From contig DKCJ01000015.1 of assembly GCA_002451465.1 (NCBI GenBank), positions 75,448 to 139,447 on the forward strand: DNA of 64,000 bases, read 5' to 3'. The translations under genes were made by a program, and so were the position numbers. Positions 30,080 through 39,687 of the stretch are shown one piece after another. Under the pieces are notes generated by a model. It did not search any database. It saw nothing but the letters and a program-made list of their open reading frames with translations, and was not told the DNA's origin. Source of the stretch: Bacillales bacterium UBA6877 (GTDB lineage Bacteria; Bacillota_I; Bacilli_A; RFN20; CAG-826). The first letter of the stretch is position 1, and each line of letters begins with the position of its first letter.

Positions 30080-33000
30080 CAATAATCACCTCTTTTACAT
30101 CACCATCAATTAACGAAAGTAAAAAACATTTTGTATCTTTTTTGATATAAGTTTTAACAAAATCATAATACACTTTAAGTTGTTTTTTATATGCATCATC
30201 ATCTATATTTTTTAATTTATAGTCAATAACGTATGCAAAATTTTGAAAAACTAGGAGAAGATCAATTACACCATTTTTGTTATTTTCTAAATCGATAAAT
30301 TGATATTCTTTATAAATTTTAGCTTTATCAACATTTTTAAATAAATCATTATTCAATACTTTATTGATTAATTTTCTTTCACCTTCATTGTTAATAAAAC
30401 TTGTATCCTTTTTTGTAAAGTCAACTATTTGCATTAATAAATGCATATGGGTTCCTTTTTCTAAATAATCTAAATTAGTCCCAGGTTTTAAATCTTTTGA
30501 TGCAGTATGTTTAACTTTTGTTTTTTCAAAAGATATTCCACTTAATTCCTTAAAAGTAAAATCACTAACCCAATCTTTTTGTAAATTTTGCATTACTTTA
30601 TTTTTATCTAAAGTTGGTAAATCAAGAGGCATTGAGGCATACATAGTCTCTTTAAAATTAATATCACAAATTTTATTCATTAAAAATTTACCTACACCGT
30701 TAATTTTCTCTTTACTAACTTTCTTCTTTTCATCAGAAAGAATATCTTCATTATCAACTATAATGCACGTATCTTCTGCCCTAGTAAGCGCCACATATAA
30801 TAAACGAAGTTTTTCTTCATAAAACTTTCTTTCATATTCGTTTTTACTCAAAATAACTTGAATCGCCTGTTTACCAGCAAAAGATTTTAAAGATGCACCA
30901 TATAAATTATTGACCTTATATTGATCATTATTTTTTCTTTGGTCTTTTAAATTAACTAAGTAAACAATTTTATATTCAAGACCTTTAGATTTATGAATAG
31001 TTGTTAAAGTAACTGCATTATCTGAAAATGAAGAATGTTTAACGTCCATACTAATTTTATTTTCTCTTAAATTATCTAAATATTCGATAAAATCATCTAC
31101 TTCATAATCAAGACTATCCATTACAGCAATTTTTTCAAAGAATGTATTTATTTTATAAATGTAAATTAAAGGATTAGAAAAATATTTAAGATTTTCTAAA
31201 ATATTGAATTCATTAATAATATTTTCAAATAAATCTTTGATACTTAAATTTCTATTTTTATTTGCGAATTCACGAAGTTTTAAATAAACATCATCGTTTT
31301 TGTATGAATCATCTTTTATTAAATGATAAATTTTATCATCATCATATCTATAAAGAAAACTTCTAACAATCGAAACATAGTAATGTTTTAAATCAATTAT
31401 GTTTTCGTTATTAATCTTAGAATTTAAGATTTTTATTGCTTTCATAATTGATAAAATAACCATAACAGAATCATCATTTGTTAATTCTTCATCATAAATT
31501 GCGTTACAAGGAATATCAGCTGCACTTAATTCTTTTTCTAATTTATCACACACATTATTTCCAGTTGGCGATAAAATTGCAAAATCCTTATAGGTAACCT
31601 CACGAATTGTTTTAGTTTCGCGGTCATAAATCTTTTGATGATTAGCGATTCTTTTTTTAATATCAGGAATAATTAATTCGCTAATTGACTGTTTGTTATC
31701 TTTATCGCCATTTCCAGTTAATGTAACAATTCCATGTTCTCCATCAATTTTTCCAACAGTGTCGTATTCTTTATTACTAGCATTAATGATATGGAATCTA
31801 CTATAATCAGCACCACCAAAATTTTCAGTCATTAATTTTTTAAAAATATTATTAATAGTACAAACGATTTCTTTTCTACTTCTAAAATTATCATTTAAAT
31901 CAATAGCTTGCCCACCAATATTAGATTTATAATCTTTATATTTTTTTGCAAAACCTGATGGATTTGCTCCCCTAAATAAATATATAGATTGTTTTATATC
32001 TCCAACACAAAACAAATTATCATTTTGAATTAATGATAAAAAATCATTTTGTAAATCAGAGTTATCTTGACACTCATCAACAAATATAAGTTTAATTTGT
32101 TTTTTTATTTCATTTCTAATTTCTTCATTATTTGAAACGATATTATATGCAAAACGTGCAATATCATTAAAAGTAAAATAACCTTTTACTTTTTCAAAAT
32201 TTAGTACACGTTCCTTAACCTTTTTCACTATATCAATAACAAAAGGAATAAATTTTTGAGCGTTAGGAACATCAAACTTAAAATATTCTTCTTCATGAAA
32301 ATCAAAATCTTTAATTTCGTCTCTTAAATCTTTAATTTCATTATATGATTTAAAGTCATTATAAGAAACTTTACTTTTTTTAAGTGTTGGTATTCTTCCA
32401 GAAAATTTTTTATTTAAAGCATCAAATAATGATTTACGATTATTAGCAAGAAATATCTCATTAAAATATTTATTAAATTTATCTATATTTTGATCATCTT
32501 CTAAACTATTAACTAAAGTTTTAATTCTTTGAACGCGATCATTATAAAATTTATATAACGAATCCACGTCATCTTTAAATTTTTTATCATCTAAAAAGTT
32601 TTTCTTATAGTTATTAATGAAATCATCAAAATTAAGTTGAGAATTGGCGTAAAGATAAAAATCATATATAAAATTAACAATATAATCATCATTATTCATA
32701 CAATATGTATGAACAAAATCTTTAAGTGTTGAATCATCACTTTCATAAAAATCATTTAAAATATTTTTAATTTCGTTTTTTATTTTTATTGCTATTACAT
32801 CTTCTGGAACATTATTAATTGAGGATGTTAATCCAATTGTATAACCATACTTTTTTACAATATAAAGGGCATAAGCATCAAATGTTTCTATGTGAGCTGA
32901 ATCAACCTTATTCATCTCAGTTATATTATTTGCTTTTCTAAGGGCCTCTTTAATTTTATCGCGCATTTGTTGCGCAGCATCTTTTGTAAAAGTAAGTATC

Positions 33001-33149
33001 AAAAATTCATCAATCTTGATTCCCTCATTAATTTTTTTCATAACCCTTTCGGTTAAAATTCTTGTTTTACCACTACCAGCACCAGCTGAAACAATAACAT
33101 TGCCTATTGAATCAACAGCAAGTTGTTGATTATATGTTAAATTACTCAT
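30072..33149 (-). CDS. addA: ATP-dependent helicase/nuclease AddA (RexA)
   Basis: UvrD/Rep motifs (QQLAVDS, GAGSGKT, FVDECQDNS, YLFRGA). C-terminal RecB-type nuclease GVIDLLLV...YVIDYKLK. The start MSNLTYNQQ at 33149 has a GGAG RBS and overlaps the addB stop. Confidence 0.9.
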   Translation of the reverse strand: MSNLTYNQQLAVDSIGNVIVSAGAGSGKTRILTERVMKKINEGIKIDEFLILTFTKDAAQQMRDKIKEALRKANNITEMNKVDSAHIETFDAYALYIVKKYGYTIGLTSSINNVPEDVIAIKIKNEIKNILNDFYESDDSTLKDFVHTYCMNNDDYIVNFIYDFYLYANSQLNFDDFINNYKKNFLDDKKFKDDVDSLYKFYNDRVQRIKTLVNSLEDDQNIDKFNKYFNEIFLANNRKSLFDALNKKFSGRIPTLKKSKVSYNDFKSYNEIKDLRDEIKDFDFHEEEYFKFDVPNAQKFIPFVIDIVKKVKERVLNFEKVKGYFTFNDIARFAYNIVSNNEEIRNEIKKQIKLIFVDECQDNSDLQNDFLSLIQNDNLFCVGDIKQSIYLFRGANPSGFAKKYKDYKSNIGGQAIDLNDNFRSRKEIVCTINNIFKKLMTENFGGADYSRFHIINASNKEYDTVGKIDGEHGIVTLTGNGDKDNKQSISELIIPDIKKRIANHQKIYDRETKTIREVTYKDFAILSPTGNNVCDKLEKELSAADIPCNAIYDEELTNDDSVMVILSIMKAIKILNSKINNENIIDLKHYYVSIVRSFLYRYDDDKIYHLIKDDSYKNDDVYLKLREFANKNRNLSIKDLFENIINEFNILENLKYFSNPLIYIYKINTFFEKIAVMDSLDYEVDDFIEYLDNLRENKISMDVKHSSFSDNAVTLTTIHKSKGLEYKIVYLVNLKDQRKNNDQYKVNNLYGASLKSFAGKQAIQVILSKNEYERKFYEEKLRLLYVALTRAEDTCIIVDNEDILSDEKKKVSKEKINGVGKFLMNKICDINFKETMYASMPLDLPTLDKNKVMQNLQKDWVSDFTFKELSGISFEKTKVKHTASKDLKPGTNLDYLEKGTHMHLLMQIVDFTKKDTSFINNEGERKLINKVLNNDLFKNVDKAKIYKEYQFIDLENNKNGVIDLLLVFQNFAYVIDYKLKNIDDDAYKKQLKVYYDFVKTYIKKDTKCFLLSLIDGDVKEVIIDE

Positions 33150-35391
33150 GTTTATCTCCATTTGTCATCATTTTGTTTTCTTTAATATCTTTTTGGTTTT
33201 CTCTAAAATCTTTATCTTTTCTAAAACAGACATCTCTAAAAGAACAATATTTGCAACTATCAAGTGCTTTAATTGGGTTTATTTTAAAATCATTTTTAAT
33301 AATCGATTCACTAAAAATCTCAACATATTTTTCAGTTCTATCTATGATATCAGTTAATGTTGAATCTTTATCAATTTCTACTTTTTTAAATTGGTCTTTA
33401 ATATTATTAAGATTATCTTTGTCGCAATAAATATTGTCAAAAATTATTCCACTCAATGAAAAACGATCTTTACCTTTTAGACCATATAACCTATTAAATT
33501 CTTCTTTAACATTAATTTGTTGTATAGCCGCTCCAAGAATATTATATTTATTAAAAATTGGTGAATTATGTATTTGCATCAAATAAAAAGGCAATTGAAT
33601 GTCTGTACCAAAATTATAAAAATTATCCATATTAAATTTTGGATTACCAGTCTTATAATCAATTACTAATAAATCATTTCCATAAATATTAATACGATCA
33701 ATTCTTCCTGTAATAGGAACGTTTTTTATAACTTCATCAATTTTATTTTCGGAAAAAGTATTAGTTAATGGAAAAAATTTATTTTCATCTCTAATATAAT
33801 TTGCTTCTTCTTCAACTATTTCATCTAATTTTTCAATTAAAACTAATTCTTTTTTTGTGAAATTATAGTTACCACGAACCCTATCAGCAATTTCTCTAAA
33901 ATCAAAATCATCATCATAAATTTTTTCAAAAATTTTATGATAATAATTACCAATATTAGTATTAAAATTAGCCGTAAAAGAATTTAATCCTAAAATTTTT
34001 GCAGCAAAATATGAAAAATAACAATTTGCATAAGTATTAATATCAGATGCTGAAAGTTTTAAACTTTCGTCAGTTCTATTAATTAATTTATATGAATTAT
34101 CATATAAAGTTGGTTTATCATAAACATCTTTAGTAATTTTTAATTCATCATTCACTTCATAAAAATTTCTAAATTTATATAAATAATTAAGATAATATAA
34201 ATAACTTAAATTTTTTGAAAAAGAATAATTTTCAAGATTAAAAGGTTTAACATCAAACCCCAAAATATTTTTTAAAAAATAAGATGGCTTAATAGTCTTG
34301 TTTTCATTAGAAAAAGATATAAAAGCAATATTTTTTAAAGAAACAAAGGCTTTTGTAAGTTCATAACTCAAATCATTTTTAATGTAAGATGGCGTTAACC
34401 CATTCTTTTCTTTAACTTCATCATCAATAATATCGTTATTAGTAGATAATTTAGGTATCAAGTTATCTATTGCGCCTAAAATATAAATTTCTTTGTTTTC
34501 TAAAAAATCAAAATTAGAAATTACATTTGTGCCATCTATATAACTCTCGCTTCTTATTTTTTTATCAGCTAAAATTGCTCTTAAATTTATTTTAGAATTT
34601 ATATCATCATTTAAATTATAAAAATCATACAAATCCTTAATTGTTTCAATATCATCATCATTAAATTTATCTTTATATTTTAGATAAATAGAATTAAAGT
34701 TTGTATCGCTTATATTCATGAGCAAAAATCTACCAGCTCTGGTATTTAAAATAGTTTTATCTTCATTAAAATTAATTGGAATATTATATAAATTCGCATA
34801 TGCATTTAAATAAAATGCATATGTGTCTAAGTTACAATAAAGCAAAAAATCACTAGGTTTTTTCCCATTAGAAATTTTGTTTGCAATATCATTTAAAACA
34901 TATTTAACTTCACTATCTACATTTTGAAATTCAAAAATAACGCCTCTTTTCTTTTCTAACCATAAATCATCAATTGTTAAAAATTCATAGTGTTTCTCGC
35001 CTATTTTTTCAATTATTGATTTTATTTCAGGATCATTTTTTGAGTATCCAATAAAGAAAATATTTTTATTTTTATATAAATTTAAATATAAATCATCCTT
35101 GATAATTAATTTTTTATCGTAAAGCCATTGATATTTATCTTTATCTTTTTTGTAACCTAACGATAAATAATTTAAAATCTTTTTAGCTAATTCATAACTT
35201 ATGTTGTCGTGCTTCATCAATTCTTTGATGGCATTTTCGTTATAATCTCCAAAAAGTTCATGCAAAACAATTTCTTTTGTTTTGTAATCAAAAAAAACAT
35301 TTGCCTTATTCTTTTCTTTTAAAAAAAGAAACATCAAATCATTTGGTCCGATAATAATGCTATTATCGAAGCCGCTTGCATTAAAATTCAT
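33142..35391 (-). CDS. addB: Helicase-nuclease subunit AddB (RexB), compact form
   Basis: C-terminal nuclease motif (GRIDRINIY...LLVIDYKTG) flanked by the AddB Fe-S cysteines (NCYFSYF ... CKYCSFRDVC, that is 1 + CxxCx5C). I found no Walker A motif in the 749 aa. Confidence 0.85.
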   Translation of the reverse strand: MNFNASGFDNSIIIGPNDLMFLFLKEKNKANVFFDYKTKEIVLHELFGDYNENAIKELMKHDNISYELAKKILNYLSLGYKKDKDKYQWLYDKKLIIKDDLYLNLYKNKNIFFIGYSKNDPEIKSIIEKIGEKHYEFLTIDDLWLEKKRGVIFEFQNVDSEVKYVLNDIANKISNGKKPSDFLLYCNLDTYAFYLNAYANLYNIPINFNEDKTILNTRAGRFLLMNISDTNFNSIYLKYKDKFNDDDIETIKDLYDFYNLNDDINSKINLRAILADKKIRSESYIDGTNVISNFDFLENKEIYILGAIDNLIPKLSTNNDIIDDEVKEKNGLTPSYIKNDLSYELTKAFVSLKNIAFISFSNENKTIKPSYFLKNILGFDVKPFNLENYSFSKNLSYLYYLNYLYKFRNFYEVNDELKITKDVYDKPTLYDNSYKLINRTDESLKLSASDINTYANCYFSYFAAKILGLNSFTANFNTNIGNYYHKIFEKIYDDDFDFREIADRVRGNYNFTKKELVLIEKLDEIVEEEANYIRDENKFFPLTNTFSENKIDEVIKNVPITGRIDRINIYGNDLLVIDYKTGNPKFNMDNFYNFGTDIQLPFYLMQIHNSPIFNKYNILGAAIQQINVKEEFNRLYGLKGKDRFSLSGIIFDNIYCDKDNLNNIKDQFKKVEIDKDSTLTDIIDRTEKYVEIFSESIIKNDFKINPIKALDSCKYCSFRDVCFRKDKDFRENQKDIKENKMMTNGDKHE

Positions 35392-35428
35392 TCAAAATCC
35401 CCCTTTTTTGATAATAAATTAAAAGCAT

Positions 35429-36913
35429 TTATTTAAAAATTCTAACAGCCTCAATAGCTTTCGCCCACTTTTCATCAATAATTTTAATATCTTTTTTATT
35501 CATCTTTGGATTAAATTCTTTTTTATATTGATGAATTTTTTTAATATCATCTATAGATTCCCAAAATTTATTTTGAAGTCCAGCAAGATAGGCTGCACCT
35601 AAAGCTGTAGTTTCAAGACAATGCGGAAGCATAACTTTACAATGTAATATATCAGCTTGATATTGCATTAAATAATTGTTAGCCGTCGCTCCTCCATCAA
35701 CTTTTAAAACTTTAAGTTCTTTATGACATTCTTTTTCCATTGCTTTAACTAAATCTTTTGATTGTAAAGCAATGGAATTTAAAGTTGCTCTAATAAAGTG
35801 TTCTTTTTTAGTAGCACGTGTTAAACCAAACACCCCACCACGACATTCATCATCCCAATAAGGAGCACCAAGTCCAACAAATGCCGGAACCACATAAACA
35901 CCGAGTTCAGTATCAACGTTCGTTGCGTAATTTTCGCTATCACTAGCTTTTTTAAACATACGCATTTCATCTCTTAACCATTGAATACAAGCTCCACCAA
36001 TAAAAACCGATCCTTCAAGAGCATACACAACTTTATCACCAATTTGCCAGGCAACAGTTGTTAAAAGACCATTTTTACTTAATATTGGTTTTTCACCAAT
36101 ATTCATAAGCATAAAGCATCCTGTTCCATATGTATTTTTTGATTCACCAATTTCAAAACAATTTTGACCAAAAAGGGCCGCTTGTTGATCACCAGCTACC
36201 CCACATATTTTTAAATCTTTTGATAAAATTGTTGCATTACCAAAGTAGTGACTGGAAGGCACAACTTCTGCTAACATACATTTTGGAATGTTAAAAATTT
36301 TAAGTAATTCTTCATCCCATTTTAATGTATTTATATTAAAAAACATTGTTCTAGATGCATTTGTTATATCTGTTTTAAATATTTTTCCTTGCGATAATTT
36401 ATATAGTATCCAAGTATCAATAGTCCCACAAAGTAATTCTCCATTATCAGCACGCTTTTGACCATCTTTAATATGATCTAAAATAAATCTTATTTTACTT
36501 GCACTAAAATAAGGATTTAAAACAAGTCCAGTTTTTTCATGAATTACTTCTTTATATTTTTCCCATGTATTACAAATTTCTAAAGATTGTCTTGATTGCC
36601 AAACAATTGCATTATAAACGGGCATTCCAGTATTTTTATCCCAAACGATAGTTGTTTCACGTTGATTTGTTAATCCAAGACAATCAATATTATCATATGT
36701 TAAATTTGTTTTTGCTAAACAATCATTAATGACATCTAAAACTGAAAGCCAGACATCAAGAGCATTTTGTTCAACCCATCCGTCACTAGGAAAAAGACAT
36801 TGAATTTCTTGTTGTGATTTATAAACGATATTCCCATCGTGATCAAAAAGAAGGGCTCTAGTTGATGTTGTACCTTGATCAATCGCTAATATAAATTTAT
36901 TTCTTTTTTTCAC
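35429..36913 (-). CDS. glpK: Glycerol kinase
   Basis: ILAIDQGTTSTR, NQRETTIVWD, GTGCFMLMN and DGGATAN motifs. The GTG at 36913, preceded by GAGGGGGAA, is preferred over the track TTG at 36937. Confidence 0.95.
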   Translation of the reverse strand: MKKRNKFILAIDQGTTSTRALLFDHDGNIVYKSQQEIQCLFPSDGWVEQNALDVWLSVLDVINDCLAKTNLTYDNIDCLGLTNQRETTIVWDKNTGMPVYNAIVWQSRQSLEICNTWEKYKEVIHEKTGLVLNPYFSASKIRFILDHIKDGQKRADNGELLCGTIDTWILYKLSQGKIFKTDITNASRTMFFNINTLKWDEELLKIFNIPKCMLAEVVPSSHYFGNATILSKDLKICGVAGDQQAALFGQNCFEIGESKNTYGTGCFMLMNIGEKPILSKNGLLTTVAWQIGDKVVYALEGSVFIGGACIQWLRDEMRMFKKASDSENYATNVDTELGVYVVPAFVGLGAPYWDDECRGGVFGLTRATKKEHFIRATLNSIALQSKDLVKAMEKECHKELKVLKVDGGATANNYLMQYQADILHCKVMLPHCLETTALGAAYLAGLQNKFWESIDDIKKIHQYKKEFNPKMNKKDIKIIDEKWAKAIEAVRIFK

Positions 36914-38084
36914 TTTGTTGTTCCCCCTCTTCTTCAATTCTATTTTTCGCCATTAATTTTATCTTTTGAGTAATAGGCGATAATTCTATATATACTTGAA
37001 AATAATCAGTTAAAAAATCTCTAGAGATTTTTTTAATTAATTTCTTTCGTTTTTCTGGGTATTTTTCAATAGACTTTAAATATTTATGTCGACTATTAAC
37101 AAGATTTTTTATGAAATCATTAACAGTTCTACTTTTATTTACATCAACCAACATAAAAACAAAATCAACAAAATCTTGTATCTCTTCATTTGTTAAAGAT
37201 GAAACCCACTTATTAAAAACAATTTTAAATACTTGAGATGACCTTGTCAAACTTTTAACCCTTAAAATTTTTGTCATATCTTTAGGGTTTAAATTCCAAG
37301 TTAATACATCGTGAGCAAATATTGAAAATGAAGAACTTTTAACAATTACATTTTTATTAACATCAAAAAGTGTCCCAACAATATCATCATTTGGAACGAT
37401 TTTTATTATTTGATTTTTATATTTTTCATAATCAAACTTATCGTTTTTAAAACCATTGCCATCTAAATTATAACAAGTGATGATTCGTTTTTTAAGCTCA
37501 TCATCTAAATTGAAAAAGGCATAATATGCAAGATTCCCACCTTTTGAATGACCAATAATATAATAATTACTATCTTTATCTAACTCTAAAATACCTTTAA
37601 TATATTCTAAAGCTAGTTTTTGAGAAGGAACTTCGTTTTCAATAGCAGTTAAAACATCTTCTTTCCATCCAGGAATTGTATTATCAGTACCTCGATAAAT
37701 TATAAATTTAAGGTTATCTATAAGATAAACCATCGCAAAAAATTGTGTGTTTTTAGATTTTGAAAAAACATTTCTAATTCTAGTAATTCTTAAATTTTTA
37801 TATCTTGAACAATTTAAAATATTTTTATAAAAATTATAAAAAACGACTGGACCTGAAAGATATCTCATTGATATCTTTTTCAAGGTTTCATGTTTACTAA
37901 ATACATTTAAAGAGATTTCATCGTTAAAAACATCATATTTTTTAAGCACTCTTGGAACAGCCATAAAATCCCCATAAGAAATAGTTGCGAATACTAAAAT
38001 ATCGCTTTCATTCAATGGGAGTTCTTCAAATGAAGTATTACCATATTTACTAATATAATCTTTTAATACAAATTTTCGTTCCAT
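36897..38084 (-). CDS. Alpha/beta-hydrolase, lipase-like (DUF2974/Mbeg1-like)
   Basis: Nucleophile elbow IIGHSKGGNLAYYA, preceded by IYRGTDNTIPGWKEDV as in class-3 lipase-like DUF2974 proteins. The 395 aa protein has a basic C-tail. Confidence 0.65.
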   Translation of the reverse strand: MERKFVLKDYISKYGNTSFEELPLNESDILVFATISYGDFMAVPRVLKKYDVFNDEISLNVFSKHETLKKISMRYLSGPVVFYNFYKNILNCSRYKNLRITRIRNVFSKSKNTQFFAMVYLIDNLKFIIYRGTDNTIPGWKEDVLTAIENEVPSQKLALEYIKGILELDKDSNYYIIGHSKGGNLAYYAFFNLDDELKKRIITCYNLDGNGFKNDKFDYEKYKNQIIKIVPNDDIVGTLFDVNKNVIVKSSSFSIFAHDVLTWNLNPKDMTKILRVKSLTRSSQVFKIVFNKWVSSLTNEEIQDFVDFVFMLVDVNKSRTVNDFIKNLVNSRHKYLKSIEKYPEKRKKLIKKISRDFLTDYFQVYIELSPITQKIKLMAKNRIEEEGEQQSEKKK

Positions 38085-38086
38085 TT

Positions 38087-38431
38087 TTATTTTATTTCTT
38101 GAGTCGCAATAATATCTGCTCCTGTATTTAATACGTTTTTAATTAAAACTTGATGCATTGAAATTGGTAATTTAACTCTGACTTTATTTATCTCTTTCAT
38201 AACATCAAAGATTTTTTCTTTAGGAATAGCTCTACTTGTTTTACAAGAAACTACTCTATAAGTATCACTATCTATAACTTTACAAGTAGAAGTAACAGTT
38301 CTTAAAGGATGGGTTGATTCTTGTTTAACATAATTTATACCTCTAGGGCATTTGTTACCACTTATTTTTCCATCATCATCAATAGTTATATGGCATCCAT
38401 TAGGACAAATTATACAAATAAATTCTTTCAT
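38087..38431 (-). CDS. DUF1667 domain protein (third component of the clostridial-type glycerol-3-phosphate dehydrogenase cluster)
   Basis: 114 aa. N-terminal CIICPNGCHI...GNKCPRG cysteine motifs. Follows the two flavoproteins with a 2-nt gap. Confidence 0.75.
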   Translation of the reverse strand: MKEFICIICPNGCHITIDDDGKISGNKCPRGINYVKQESTHPLRTVTSTCKVIDSDTYRVVSCKTSRAIPKEKIFDVMKEINKVRVKLPISMHQVLIKNVLNTGADIIATQEIK

Positions 38432-38433
38432 AA

Positions 38434-39687
38434 TTAATTTTCCTCCACAGATACACTAATTTCGTTAATATTATTAAAATCAACATCTTTTAAAACAACC
38501 TTTTCCATTTCAGAAGGAATAATAAATGGTTTTACCATCTTTTTTAATATAGTATCTCCATCTTTTATTAAAATAGTTGCTTTTTTAATAGGTTTTTTAA
38601 CTCTAAAAGAAAATATAACTTCATTTAAGTCTTTTGTCACTTTAATAATATTTGGTAAAACGTAACCTAGATTATTTAATGGATTTACATTAATTGTTTT
38701 TATAACTTCCCTATTAGGATTTTTAATATATAAAGCAGCATTTTTACCAGCTAGAGCTCCTTCTTCACTAACAAAATCAACAAGGTCATGAACATGTAAA
38801 ACATTACCACATGAAAATACTCCATCAATTGATGTTTCTAAATTATTATCAACTTTTGCTCCTTTAGTTCTTAAATTAACTTCAGCACCAGCATCTTTTA
38901 ACAAAACATTAAATGGATAAAGTCCAACCGATAAAAGTAAGCAATCACACTTTATAATTTGTTCTTTCCCTTTTATAGGAACTAATTTATCATCAACATC
39001 ACATATCTCAATAGCTTCTAGTTTCTTTTTACCAATAATTCGCGTAATGGTGTTATGTAGTCTTAAAGGTATATTAAAATCATTTAAACATTGAACGATA
39101 TTTCGATTTAATCCATTGCTATATGGCATAAGCTCACTAACTCCAATAACCTTACAACCTTCTAAAGTCATACGTCTAGCCATAATAAGTCCAATATCTC
39201 CACTACCTAAAATATATACATTCTTACCAACTAAATACCCATCAACATTTAAATATTTTTGAGCAAGTCCGGCCGTAAAAACGCCTTCAGGTCTATCTCC
39301 TGGAATTAAAATTTGTCCTCTTGTTCTTTCATTACATCCAGCAGCAAAAATCACTGCTTTAGCTTCAATTTTTGAAACACCATCTACGCTATTTGCGTAC
39401 GTAATAATTTTATCTTTTGATATAGATAAAACTAAGGTTTCAAGTTTAATCTCTATATTTCTTTTATTAAATTCTTCAATAAAACGATACGCATATTCTG
39501 GACCAGTAAGTTCTTCTTTAAAAGTATGTAAACCAAATCCATTATGAATACATTGATTCAAAATTCCACCAAGTTTACTATCTCTTTCAAAAACAACAAT
39601 ATCCTTAATTCCATTATCAAAAGCTGAAATAGCAGCAGCTAATCCAGCGGAACCTCCGCCTATGATAGCAAGTTCAATTTTTCTCAT
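38434..39687 (-). CDS. FAD/NAD(P)-binding pyridine nucleotide-disulfide oxidoreductase family protein (GlpB-analogous)
   Basis: Two dinucleotide folds: IIGGGSAGLAAA and YILGSGDIGLIMARRM. Confidence 0.75.
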   Translation of the reverse strand: MRKIELAIIGGGSAGLAAAISAFDNGIKDIVVFERDSKLGGILNQCIHNGFGLHTFKEELTGPEYAYRFIEEFNKRNIEIKLETLVLSISKDKIITYANSVDGVSKIEAKAVIFAAGCNERTRGQILIPGDRPEGVFTAGLAQKYLNVDGYLVGKNVYILGSGDIGLIMARRMTLEGCKVIGVSELMPYSNGLNRNIVQCLNDFNIPLRLHNTITRIIGKKKLEAIEICDVDDKLVPIKGKEQIIKCDCLLLSVGLYPFNVLLKDAGAEVNLRTKGAKVDNNLETSIDGVFSCGNVLHVHDLVDFVSEEGALAGKNAALYIKNPNREVIKTINVNPLNNLGYVLPNIIKVTKDLNEVIFSFRVKKPIKKATILIKDGDTILKKMVKPFIIPSEMEKVVLKDVDFNNINEISVSVEEN

